From Candidatus Atabeyarchaeum deiterrae (GTDB taxonomy: Archaea; Asgardarchaeota; Atabeyarchaeia; Atabeyarchaeales; Atabeyarchaeaceae): DNA of 64,000 nucleotides. Of the stretch, positions 30,779 through 40,211 are shown one piece after another. The notes under the pieces are model-generated. The model was not told where the DNA came from, did no database searches, and saw only the letters and a list, made by a program, of their open reading frames with translations. The position numbers and the translations under genes were made by a program. Positions within the stretch are counted from its first letter, which is position 1, and each line of letters starts with the position of its first letter. The stretch covers positions 1,632,001 to 1,696,000 of the forward strand of contig CP147780.1 in NCBI GenBank assembly GCA_037310415.1. Direction: 5' to 3'.

Positions 30779-31351
30779 ATGGAGGAATTCATCGTTATGC
30801 GTTTTTGGAAGATCTTCTTGCTACACACGGATAGAGATTGGGGTAGGTACGTCAAAGAGAAATCCATCTTCGTCGGCCAGTTTGGACCAGAGGGATTTCA
30901 GAACCTAGACAAGTACAGCTGCAAAGAAGATATGGCGGAATTTATTCCAGAAGGGGCTGCCACTCAACTCTGGCAATTCTCCAATGACATAAAAAAGGGA
31001 GATCTTGTGGTCGCTTATGGCCCCAGGCGCGTGCTTGGCGTTGGAAGAGCAATTGGCAGCTACCGTTTCGATCCTATCCTTGACCCGGTAGACCAATGCT
31101 ACCACAAGTCGCATATTAGAGGAATCAAGTGGGTCGAGCTGAAGCCACACGTGGACGCCAGCACTGACAAGGTTTTGTTCTGTGATCCGCCGATAGGGCT
31201 TGAAACACTGAACGATCAAATCAAGATACTAGAAATATCCCGCGAAGAATGGGGTAATGTGCTCAAACAGTATCCCACACTCAAGAAAGCGTACCAGAAG
31301 CTAGCTAAACCTGTCAAGTCATCCAAGCCTGCCAAACCGTCTAAGAAATAG
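30779..31351 (+). CDS. stand-alone EVE/PUA-like domain (McrB/Mrr N-terminal type)
   Basis: FWKI...QLWQFSNDIKKGDLVVAY...GVG...Y.F...HIRGIKW. Confidence 0.65.
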   Translation: MEEFIVMRFWKIFLLHTDRDWGRYVKEKSIFVGQFGPEGFQNLDKYSCKEDMAEFIPEGAATQLWQFSNDIKKGDLVVAYGPRRVLGVGRAIGSYRFDPILDPVDQCYHKSHIRGIKWVELKPHVDASTDKVLFCDPPIGLETLNDQIKILEISREEWGNVLKQYPTLKKAYQKLAKPVKSSKPAKPSKK

Positions 31352-31465
31352 GTTCTCGACCGCAAGGCTGGGCAACCTATTGAACTTCATTTTGTTTTCC
31401 ATCCCGACTGCCGTACCCTGTCCTCTGCTAGTCATTTTGGTTACTCGGAGGAGTGAGCTCAGATC

Positions 31466-32386
31466 GTGAATACTGCTATCCGAGAAGCATGCCACAAAGT
31501 GGTTTTTGGAGACAGCAGGACGATGAGTGAAGTCGAAGATGGATCAGTCCACCTGATTGTAACATCTCCACCATATCCAATGATCGAAATGTGGGATGGG
31601 ATATTCCGCAACCTAGATGACCAGATAGACCGCTTGTGGCTGCAACTGGAAAAGGAAGAAGATAGGAACAAGCGTGAAGGGATAGTCGGCAAGATCTATG
31701 ATTCCATGCATGAGAATCTGGCGAAAGTATGGAGTGAAGTGCATAGAGTCTTAATTGACGGAGGTATCGCATGCATCAACATTGGAGACGCCACGAGAAA
31801 TATCAACGGCATCTTCAGACTATTCCCTAATCACGTGAGAGTCGTCGACTGGTGCGAGAGAATCGGGTTCGTTACCCTGCCCTACCTGCTATGGAGGAAA
31901 CCGACAACCAAACCCAAGTACAAGGGAAAGGGCGCGTTTCTAGGATCAGGCATGTTGCCTCCAAATGCCTACGTAACCTTGGACTGCGAATACATTCTGA
32001 TTCTAAGGAAAGGCGGCCTCAGACAATTCGCGTCAAAAGATCCGATAAGATATTCAAGTAAATACACGAAAGAAGAAAGAGACAAGTGGTTCACCCAGAT
32101 ATGGGATATCACAGGCATGAAGCAACATCTCTCTGAAGTTGAGAGAAGAGCAGCAGCTTTCCCAGAAGAGATACCAAAAAGACTCATCAGAATGTTCTCC
32201 GTAGCTGGCGATACAATACTTGACCCTTTTCTTGGAACTGGGACCAGCCTGAAAGTAGCCATAGCACTCAACAGAAGCATGATCGGGTATGAGATAGACA
32301 ATAGATTCGGAGAGATGATTCAGAAGGAAATAACCTCAGCAAAAGCAAGATTTCCAGATATGAAATTCGAGGTCATCAGTAGATAA
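31466..32386 (+). CDS. N4C/N6A DNA methyltransferase (beta class)
   Basis: TSPPY precedes DPFLGTGTS. Confidence 0.9.
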   Translation: MNTAIREACHKVVFGDSRTMSEVEDGSVHLIVTSPPYPMIEMWDGIFRNLDDQIDRLWLQLEKEEDRNKREGIVGKIYDSMHENLAKVWSEVHRVLIDGGIACINIGDATRNINGIFRLFPNHVRVVDWCERIGFVTLPYLLWRKPTTKPKYKGKGAFLGSGMLPPNAYVTLDCEYILILRKGGLRQFASKDPIRYSSKYTKEERDKWFTQIWDITGMKQHLSEVERRAAAFPEEIPKRLIRMFSVAGDTILDPFLGTGTSLKVAIALNRSMIGYEIDNRFGEMIQKEITSAKARFPDMKFEVISR

Positions 32387-32593
32387 GAAAATTCCCCGGG
32401 GGTATCACTGTCAGTCTTTCCATGTCCAGATATTGCAGGTAGTTTTCCGCCTAGCCAAAAGGATCCATCGAAAGGTATATGAAAATCAAGTGTCGTATTT
32501 TAAGTTGCCCGTCTCATAATCCGATCTGTTTAACAAACTTGAGATCACGGCAGCAGCTCTGGACGCAAGAGCCAGGGGAGTGCATGAGCAAGA

Positions 32594-33658
32594 TTGAGCT
32601 ATATCGAGAGCGCGAAGAAATGGTGTGACGATAAGTTCGGCGGCAGAGCAAAAGTCACCTACGACCAAGTACTCACTGGAAGTAAGGGTGAAAAACACAA
32701 TATCGATGTTCTCGTTGCTGGTGCCGCGAAGAACATTCCAGCCAAATATCGACTCCTCAGATTGACTGAGACTAGACACGCATACAGCAACGAAGTCTCA
32801 TTTGTCAAGATAATTGACGGAGTCTGTCACCTAAAGGAATTTGACATCTTCCTCAAGACATGTGAGGATTTTGGAGACGGATTCATGGTTAAGATTGACA
32901 CAAATTCAGATGGCGCTCATCTCTTCCCTGGCGCTGCAATCATAATGGCAAAAGATGGCTACGACTCGGACATACTTACTGATTGGTGGTTGGAAAAAGA
33001 AACCAGCCTGAAACTGGATTATGGCGCTGGTAAGATCTACCTCTTCAGCAAATACGCAGATGTCTGGGTCCGAACAGCGAAACCGGATGCATGCAAATGT
33101 TTTCTTGAGTTGTGGACGTGGAATGGCGGAAACCCACTTCAATTACTTCCCAATATGGATGAGAAAGGAAGAGAAAGACTGAATTTCAAAGAAGCAAGAG
33201 ACATAGGCCTCCCCAAGGTAGCAGAGTATGCAAGGAGAGAAGAGAAGTTTCTGGCTGATGCGGAAGGACTGAGTATCCTAGATGAGTTGCTTGGTGTCTA
33301 TGTGTTCATGGCTGAGGGAAGCTGTGTCTTCGATCACAAGTTCAGAGCGATTAAGGGTGACGCAAGCCTCCTTACAGGTGCACTCACAGCGATATCCTCG
33401 ATCATAAAGGAAACCACACGAAGCGAAGGCGAACTGAGGTTCGTCGACCATGGAGATGTAAAATTCATATTCGCCGAAGCACCAAACATGATTTCGGTAC
33501 TCGTATCAACCCAATACCGCCAACTTTTCAGGGCAAAGCTTGAGCGGTTCACTCAAGCATTCTACGACACATTCAGGGAACAGATAGAGAATTGGAAAGG
33601 CAACCTACGTGTATTTAGCGGTGCACACGACTTCATAAGAGACATATTCGAGCTCTAA
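32594..33658 (+). CDS. Mrr-like PD-(D/E)xK-fold domain fused to a C-terminal longin-like domain
   Basis: VLTGSKGEKHNIDVLV at the N-terminus; GVYVFMAEGSCVF...LLTGALTAISSIIKE...WKGN at the C-terminus. Confidence 0.65.
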   Translation: MSYIESAKKWCDDKFGGRAKVTYDQVLTGSKGEKHNIDVLVAGAAKNIPAKYRLLRLTETRHAYSNEVSFVKIIDGVCHLKEFDIFLKTCEDFGDGFMVKIDTNSDGAHLFPGAAIIMAKDGYDSDILTDWWLEKETSLKLDYGAGKIYLFSKYADVWVRTAKPDACKCFLELWTWNGGNPLQLLPNMDEKGRERLNFKEARDIGLPKVAEYARREEKFLADAEGLSILDELLGVYVFMAEGSCVFDHKFRAIKGDASLLTGALTAISSIIKETTRSEGELRFVDHGDVKFIFAEAPNMISVLVSTQYRQLFRAKLERFTQAFYDTFREQIENWKGNLRVFSGAHDFIRDIFEL

Positions 33659-33678
33659 ACACCTCACCTTAACAGAAA

Positions 33679-34455
33679 TCACATCTTCCTTGTCGGAAAC
33701 TTGATTTCCCATTCACTTCTCACATATTGAACCCTTTCCTTCAGAAAGACACTCTTTCTCATTTTCTTTATCTGAATGAAGTTCTCCGTCATCCTTCTAT
33801 CTCCGACTTCGCGACCTTGAAAGTCAATAACCCCATCTGCCAGACGCTCAAATGATTCTGCCTCTCCAGGCAGGTTCATTCCAGGATAGTACATCCCCAT
33901 TGTGGTGCAACCCGTCATACGATGAAGTGGCTGAAGTCCCAACATCAGATTCCAGACCTTTTGGAAACCCGCAGTCGCGACCAGTGTCGAGACACTGTCC
34001 ACAATCATTCGGATTCTGTTCCGAAAGCCTTGTCCATCAAATGCCATTAGCAAGTTGCGCACTTCATCAAAGAGCTTGACAGTATTGGTTGGACTTTCAA
34101 TAGTGATGTCCGCTTCGTTCTCTGAAAGCTTGGGCATCAATCCTGCATAACCTGAGAATGCGTCAATAAGTGTCAGCAGCTTAGCGCTTCTATAGGGAAC
34201 CAAGTTAGCCCCGAGGCGCGCACTCGCCTGCATGTACTCTGGGACTGAATGCTCTGTGAGAAGTATGATGCCATATTCTTTGTTTAATAGACCTTCCTTC
34301 AAGAAGTTCATACAAATGAAGAAACTCGGATAGTTGCTCCTTTCACTTCCCGTCTCTTCGACCAGAACAAGCGTCCCTCTGGGGCAACCGCCACCCAGAA
34401 CATGATCGATCTCGGGAACACCCGTGCTTGCAGTCTCTAGTCCTGAAGAGTTCAA
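33679..34455 (-). CDS. KaiC/RAD55-like RecA-superfamily protein with degenerate Walker A
   Basis: STGVPEIDHVLGGG, IVDSVST, LADGVI, KKMR; no GKT. Confidence 0.8.
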   Translation of the reverse strand: MNSSGLETASTGVPEIDHVLGGGCPRGTLVLVEETGSERSNYPSFFICMNFLKEGLLNKEYGIILLTEHSVPEYMQASARLGANLVPYRSAKLLTLIDAFSGYAGLMPKLSENEADITIESPTNTVKLFDEVRNLLMAFDGQGFRNRIRMIVDSVSTLVATAGFQKVWNLMLGLQPLHRMTGCTTMGMYYPGMNLPGEAESFERLADGVIDFQGREVGDRRMTENFIQIKKMRKSVFLKERVQYVRSEWEIKFPTRKM

Positions 34456-34719
34456 GATTCGATCCTCCTAGAACGTTAAAGTTGTCGAATCTATGGAAGT
34501 CATACCAAGAACTGAGCAACGGACTACAATCGTTTATGTGTATTTTAACTTTTTCAAAGCCTCAAAGTGACTGATTCTACCAGCTTAATACAAAGCTGAG
34601 CACAACAACAGACCCTCGATGGGGTAGGTCGATTGCAGTAATTGATATTACTGCGAATAGATATAGGTGAATCATATTGTGCTCTCAGGAGGATTGGATC
34701 TATCGGAGGTTAGGGTTCT

Positions 34720-35886
34720 ATGATAGATTTTCAATTGACAGATGAGCAAATTGCCTTGCGAGACAGGGCGAGAAAGTTTGCTCTAGAAGAAATGTTGCCA
34801 GTGTCAAAGAAATATGATCGAAGCGGTGAGTTTCCCCGTGGGGTCATCGAAAAAGCATTCAAAGCTGGGCTAATGAACCTGGGTATTCCCAAGAAGTATA
34901 ATGGACCAGGCTATGGCTCGATCGAATCAGTGATTGTAGTAGAAGAAATGGCCGCAGCCTGCGCAGGAATTACCACATCAATATATGTGAACGACCTGGG
35001 ACTTGCGCCAATAGTTCTTGGCGGCAACGAGACTCAGAAGCGGAAATTCTTGACTCCGCTGACCGAGAAGCTTAGCTTAACTGCATTTGCCACCTCAGAG
35101 CCAGGAATGGGATCAGATGTTGCAGGTATTCAATCCACCTGCGATCGAGACGGTAACGACTATGTCTTGAATGGGAATAAGTTCTTTATCACCAATGGCG
35201 ACTTTGCAGATCTGTACGTTATCTTCGCTAGGAAGAAAGGCACAAAGCGCCATGAAGGGATATCCGGATTCGTTGTTCCACGCGGGACCGAAGGGTTGTC
35301 CACAGCCAAGCCCCTTGAGAAACTGGGGCATCGTGCGTCCGACACAGCAGCTGTTTCTCTCAAGAATGTTCGGGTCCCAGCTGAGAACCTGATTGGCGGG
35401 GAAGGTGGCGGATTCCTACTGGCAATGATGACTTTCATGCACACCAGACCAGGAATTGGCGCAATGGCAACTGGACTCGCACGCTCGGCAATGGAATACG
35501 CCTTAAACTACGCCAAACAAAGAGACGCTTTCGAACACAAGATCTCCAGTTTCCAAGCGATCCAAGACATGGTAGCTGACATGTACGCTCGCATTGAAGC
35601 AATGAGGCTGCTAACTTGGAAAGCAGCATGGGCCTTGGATCACGGGCAGCAAGACAACATAGCATCAAGCTGCGCGAAACTCGTAGGCGCTGAAGATGCG
35701 ATGAAAATCGCAACAGATGCACTCCAGATCTACGGAGGAAGAGGTTACCTTGAGAGTTACGCCATCGCGAAACTATTCCGAGACGCCAAGCTCTACCAGA
35801 TCTACGAAGGAACATCACAGGTACAACGTTACGTTATCTCGCGCTACCTCTTCAAAGAATATCAACCTATCATGACTGGCTTCTAG
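34720..35886 (+). CDS. acyl-CoA dehydrogenase
   Basis: SEPGMGSD, GNKFFITNG, IYEGTSQVQR. Confidence 0.95.
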   Translation: MIDFQLTDEQIALRDRARKFALEEMLPVSKKYDRSGEFPRGVIEKAFKAGLMNLGIPKKYNGPGYGSIESVIVVEEMAAACAGITTSIYVNDLGLAPIVLGGNETQKRKFLTPLTEKLSLTAFATSEPGMGSDVAGIQSTCDRDGNDYVLNGNKFFITNGDFADLYVIFARKKGTKRHEGISGFVVPRGTEGLSTAKPLEKLGHRASDTAAVSLKNVRVPAENLIGGEGGGFLLAMMTFMHTRPGIGAMATGLARSAMEYALNYAKQRDAFEHKISSFQAIQDMVADMYARIEAMRLLTWKAAWALDHGQQDNIASSCAKLVGAEDAMKIATDALQIYGGRGYLESYAIAKLFRDAKLYQIYEGTSQVQRYVISRYLFKEYQPIMTGF

Positions 35887-35905
35887 TCGAAGAGGGAATG
35901 TTACT

Positions 35906-36517
35906 TTGATCCACAAAGGGAAGAGGATGACTGGTGGGGCACCTCACTCTCCCTACTCCATCCACGGTCTTGGGAAACTGTTTGCAGACAGGATAAAGGG
36001 TTCGGTTGAAGACTGGAATGAACTACGCGTTCTCGATGTCGGAACTGGTTCAGCTGCTAATGCCATCTTTCTAGCTGAATTGGTAGGTATAAGAGGTAAG
36101 GTATACTCGATCGACCCCTCAAAAGAGGTACTGCAAAACGCGGGCAAAACGATCAAAGCAAAGGGACTGTCAAAGCGCATAAAACTGTCAGAAGGAGAGG
36201 CTGAAAATATACCTCTAGAGAGTTCGTTCTTTGATGTCGTGGTCACGCTCATGGCACTTCATCACCTCAAAAGCCTAGGAAAAGCAATCAAGGAATTCGG
36301 TCGTGTGCTCGAGGAAAAAGGAGTATTTGTCGCAGTTGAGTGGACTACCAAAGCATCAGAATTCATTCCTCACCCCAAGACCGACTTCATCTCGCCGGAG
36401 CTAGCAAAGAAACTCTTGGTTGAAAATGGCTTCGATATAACTGACTTCGAAGAGTCAGGCTACTACTTCTTCATCAAAGCCCAAAAAAGAAAAAACGAAG
36501 AAGCGGAGGTTCGCTAG
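35906..36517 (+). CDS. class I SAM-dependent methyltransferase
   Basis: VLDVGTGS, FDVV, LHH. Confidence 0.88.
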   Translation: MIHKGKRMTGGAPHSPYSIHGLGKLFADRIKGSVEDWNELRVLDVGTGSAANAIFLAELVGIRGKVYSIDPSKEVLQNAGKTIKAKGLSKRIKLSEGEAENIPLESSFFDVVVTLMALHHLKSLGKAIKEFGRVLEEKGVFVAVEWTTKASEFIPHPKTDFISPELAKKLLVENGFDITDFEESGYYFFIKAQKRKNEEAEVR

Positions 36518-37015
36518 CTAATCAACTGAACTCCCGCAACTGGGACAGAACTTGGCGCCTGGCGGCAATGGATACCTGCAGTAAGCACAATAGACGGGGA
36601 CCGACGCTTTGGCAACTCCTTTGGGCTCACCGATCATAACCTGACCCGTGTTCTTGTCAAATCCAGCATTTATTCTTCCCTCAGCCCTCAAATCAACAAT
36701 AGCTGCCCTAAGCTCTTTCTCACTCATCTCTAACTCTTCAGCTAGCTTGCTGAGTTCAACCTTCTCCCCATTGTGGTCGCTAAGAGTTCCTTGAACAGTT
36801 CTAGAAGTGGCCCTCCTGTTGTAGAAGACGCTTATCGAGATAAGAATCAAGACTCCTCCAGCAAAAGCAATCCAAGGAGTTCCATCCACTATCCTGAAGT
36901 ATGCGAGGCTTCCCCAAGCTACGAAAAGCAGACCTAACCCGATTAAGAAATACGGTGGCTCCTCGTACCTCATTCTGTGCCGGTGATGGTTATGTTCACT
37001 CATGACTAAGGTCAC
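36518..37015 (-). CDS. membrane protein with PCI-like winged helix and zinc ribbon
   Basis: 2 TM helices; LSKLAEELEMSEKELRAAIVDLRAEGRINAGFD; CAYC..CPSC. Confidence 0.7.
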   Translation of the reverse strand: MTLVMSEHNHHRHRMRYEEPPYFLIGLGLLFVAWGSLAYFRIVDGTPWIAFAGGVLILISISVFYNRRATSRTVQGTLSDHNGEKVELSKLAEELEMSEKELRAAIVDLRAEGRINAGFDKNTGQVMIGEPKGVAKASVPVYCAYCRYPLPPGAKFCPSCGSSVD

Positions 37016-37098
37016 CTTTTGCAGACCGAGAAAGCGATTATTCTATCTTAAATGTTTCTCCAAAGCCTGCAACACGTGTACTATTTCTTGCTTTTCAT

Positions 37099-37425
37099 TC
37101 ATTCCACCGAACTTCCACAGCTCGGACAGAATCGTGCGCCGGGAGGTAGCTGGTAGTCACAGGAAGCACAAGCTGTTTTCGTTTCTGAGTCAACTGCGGC
37201 TCTTCTAGGCTCGCCGATCACCAGTTCGCCCGTACTACCGTCAAACGAAGTTTCGATTACACTCCTGCCTCTAAGCTTGATGATAGTCGCCCTCAGTTCT
37301 CCTTCATCAATGCCCAACTCATTAGCGAGATCACTAAGCTGGATTCTTTCCCCCGCATGTTCAAGAAGTGCTACAAGCACCTCGCTTTCAATGTCTCTTC
37401 CGCTATCGCAACAGCATGGACCCAT
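37099..37425 (-). CDS. PCI-like winged helix + zinc ribbon protein (paralogue)
   Basis: LSDLANELGIDEGELRATII; CASC..CPSC. Confidence 0.7.
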   Translation of the reverse strand: MGPCCCDSGRDIESEVLVALLEHAGERIQLSDLANELGIDEGELRATIIKLRGRSVIETSFDGSTGELVIGEPRRAAVDSETKTACASCDYQLPPGARFCPSCGSSVE

Positions 37426-37602
37426 GAATTAAATCACCATTCTGAAACAATTCCTCTGACAAACAGATTGTCGTGTCTTAATAAATATCTTTGTTCAAGA
37501 CAGAAATAGCAACTTACGTTGCATGACTGCGTCTGACCAATCAGAAAAAGAGTGTAGTTTCCATTTGGAAACTCTCCTGATCAACACAATGCGCCTAACA
37601 TT

Positions 37603-38067
37603 TTAGGGACCTTTCAGTGCCATCATGATTCCGAAAATGACCAACAGGATACCAGCAATCATGTCAATGTATAGACCGATTCCCACGGATACAAAGGCAA
37701 TCGGAAAACCAAAAATAGTTGCTGTTGCTCCAAGCAATTGAACTGTGCTCAGGTAAACGATCATGCTTCCTGCGAACACAAGAAGTCCCATAACTAATAC
37801 CAAGACTGACAGCATCTTTGCCCTGCCTGCCATAGACGGAACAATTGCAAGACCTGAGAACACTATTGCGAGTATGGCTCCTATTGGGATAACGTACACG
37901 AAAAGGAACGCTCCGGCAAGACTGGCCAACTGAAAACTGCTGATTGGCCAAATGAGAAAGAGTAAGAAAATCGTTAGGTAGGGTAAGAACATCCCGACGA
38001 AGCTAATGATGCCAAACAAGAGGTTAAGGATCGCCCAGACAGGTATCCCGCCTTTCTTTGAACTCAT
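37603..38067 (-). CDS. 4-TM membrane protein
   Basis: Hydrophobic helices, GIGLY motif. Confidence 0.7.
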   Translation of the reverse strand: MSSKKGGIPVWAILNLLFGIISFVGMFLPYLTIFLLFLIWPISSFQLASLAGAFLFVYVIPIGAILAIVFSGLAIVPSMAGRAKMLSVLVLVMGLLVFAGSMIVYLSTVQLLGATATIFGFPIAFVSVGIGLYIDMIAGILLVIFGIMMALKGP

Positions 38068-38355
38068 TTATTATTGATCTCTCCATCTACCTTTTCCATA
38101 CTGTGTTGTCTATTGGCTTCTCCAATATTAATAGGTATTCCAAGAGTTTCCCGATTGGGCTGAACATGCAAGAAATGAAACGAAGGGCCGCTGATCGCCA
38201 TCGAAAGAATGCTTGCCGCGAATTTGATATGTAAATCCTACTGCGGTTTTCTTTCTGCGATCTATCTCCTCCTCTCACTATAGTTTCATTTTCTCGTGCC
38301 ATCAGAATGGTGTTAATAGGGAGTTAGACACCAATTATGTAGAATGTGAGCAACA

Positions 38356-39285
38356 ATGGTTCAGTCCATGAAGGAAATTACTCACTCAGACTATCTCGAG
38401 TTCATTGGAGATCACAGTGAAGTAGCCATAGGGGACACGGGAGTGAAGCTGAGTCACGAATGGTGTATAGAAGCTTACACTCCACCTGATAATTATCACC
38501 CTGAGAAGGAAACTGTATGGAGTTTCCCAAGTAGAGGTAATTGGGCTACTCACCAAGGCGACTACAGGGGGAACTGGTCCCCCTACGTTCCGAGAAACCT
38601 CATACTAAAATACACAAAACAGGGAGACTGGGTTCTGGATCAAATGGTAGGCAGCGGGACAACACTCGTTGAGTGCAAGCTGCTGGGCAGGAATGCTATC
38701 GGCGTAGATGTGAATCCAAACGCGATAATGGTTACAAGAGACCGCCTAAACTTCAGATACGCGCCACCTAACGTAGACGAAGCTGAGAGCACAATAAGGA
38801 CTTACGTGGGAGATGCAAGAAACTTAAATGAGCTATCTTCAGAGAGCATAGACTTGGTAGCTACACATCCACCATATGCCCGCATTATCTCATACACGAA
38901 AAAGACCACCGGGGTCGTTGAGGGAGACCTGTCGCGGCTACCTCTTAACAATTACTTGACAGAGATGCGAAAAGTTGCGGGGGAATCTCTGCGCGTCCTC
39001 AAGCCAGACAAGTATTGTGCGATACTGATGGGCGATACGAGAAAGCAACGGCACTATGTTCCGATAGCCTTCAAGATCATGCAGATCTTCCTGGAGGCTG
39101 GTTTTATTCTTAAAGAAGACATAATCAAGCGGCAGTGGAAAATGAAAGGCACAAGAGAAAAATGGAGAGGAAGATACCAAGACTTCTACCTAATTGCACA
39201 TGAACATATTTTCGTTTTCAGAAAACCTTTGGACAGCAAGGAATTCTCCAAACATAAGAATAGCAGTTCGACCATAATATTCTAA
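38356..39285 (+). CDS. N4C/N6A DNA (or RNA) methyltransferase
   Basis: DQMVGSGTT precedes THPPY; HEHIFVFRK. Confidence 0.85.
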   Translation: MVQSMKEITHSDYLEFIGDHSEVAIGDTGVKLSHEWCIEAYTPPDNYHPEKETVWSFPSRGNWATHQGDYRGNWSPYVPRNLILKYTKQGDWVLDQMVGSGTTLVECKLLGRNAIGVDVNPNAIMVTRDRLNFRYAPPNVDEAESTIRTYVGDARNLNELSSESIDLVATHPPYARIISYTKKTTGVVEGDLSRLPLNNYLTEMRKVAGESLRVLKPDKYCAILMGDTRKQRHYVPIAFKIMQIFLEAGFILKEDIIKRQWKMKGTREKWRGRYQDFYLIAHEHIFVFRKPLDSKEFSKHKNSSSTIIF

Positions 39286-39367
39286 AAGACTAGCCACGAA
39301 TTGGTTTTGAGAAACAATAGGCATTTATCGGAGTTCTCGGAGATCCCTATTAGGTCAATTCTCGGAA

Positions 39368-39733
39368 TTGGGGAGAAGGAGCCTAAGAAGTATGGAACAG
39401 GTCACGCAAGTAATAAAGGAAGCAGTAATGGAAGCATCGAACAGAAAAATCGAGAACATACTACGTGAGACATTTTCGCCGAAACGTGAGTCAATCTGTA
39501 GGGAGTGTTCACTGAGACCAGAATTCTGCTTCGGAAGCGTTGCAGACTGGCATAGATGTAGATATGCATTGAGAATACGAAATGATAGAGTTTTCTTCCC
39601 ATCGGATCAGCCCACTTTGGCTGGTGAAGGAGAAAAGCGCGAAGGGATAGAAAAAGAGATGGAAGAACTGATCGTGAAGACCCTGCAGAGGGTCAGAACC
39701 CTAACACACTACAGAGTAGCTGTTAGCACATAG
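39368..39733 (+). CDS. hypothetical protein with Cys cluster
   Basis: CRECSLRPEFC...C; plausible coding composition. Confidence 0.5.
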   Translation: MGRRSLRSMEQVTQVIKEAVMEASNRKIENILRETFSPKRESICRECSLRPEFCFGSVADWHRCRYALRIRNDRVFFPSDQPTLAGEGEKREGIEKEMEELIVKTLQRVRTLTHYRVAVST

Positions 39734-40211
39734 AGCAGCTAAGAACTCGTGCCACATTCATGAAAGTCGGCAGTCGGTCGCAATTCTTTATAATCTTTCG
39801 GCTTATGTGACAATTCATTGATCACTCTTTCCTCTAGCTATCTGTTTGAGAGCAAATGGTATCCGTCTCGTAAGCCGATGGCTCATTATTTATGCGCAAT
39901 CTTCCGGTGAACTATTTCATAGCTCAGAGTTGTTCATTCTGTCCAGCCCTGCGCTTCTAGGATTTTCCAGTCTTCTTCTGACCCAGTGCGCGTTGAAGTG
40001 GTTACTTGTGTTCACAGTAATCATTCGCTTTTGTGTCGATCTCTAGCGGATCGGTCCGGAGTTTGCCTGAACACTAGGGAAATTGCTTGGGTGGGCTGCG
40101 TTGCAGACGCTTTCCCCAAAAAACGGAAAATTGACTTGGATAGAAGAGCCAGCGACTGAAGCCTGCTGTAGCCGATAGTGCATTTATAAGCGAACTGAGA
40201 AGTTTAACCGT

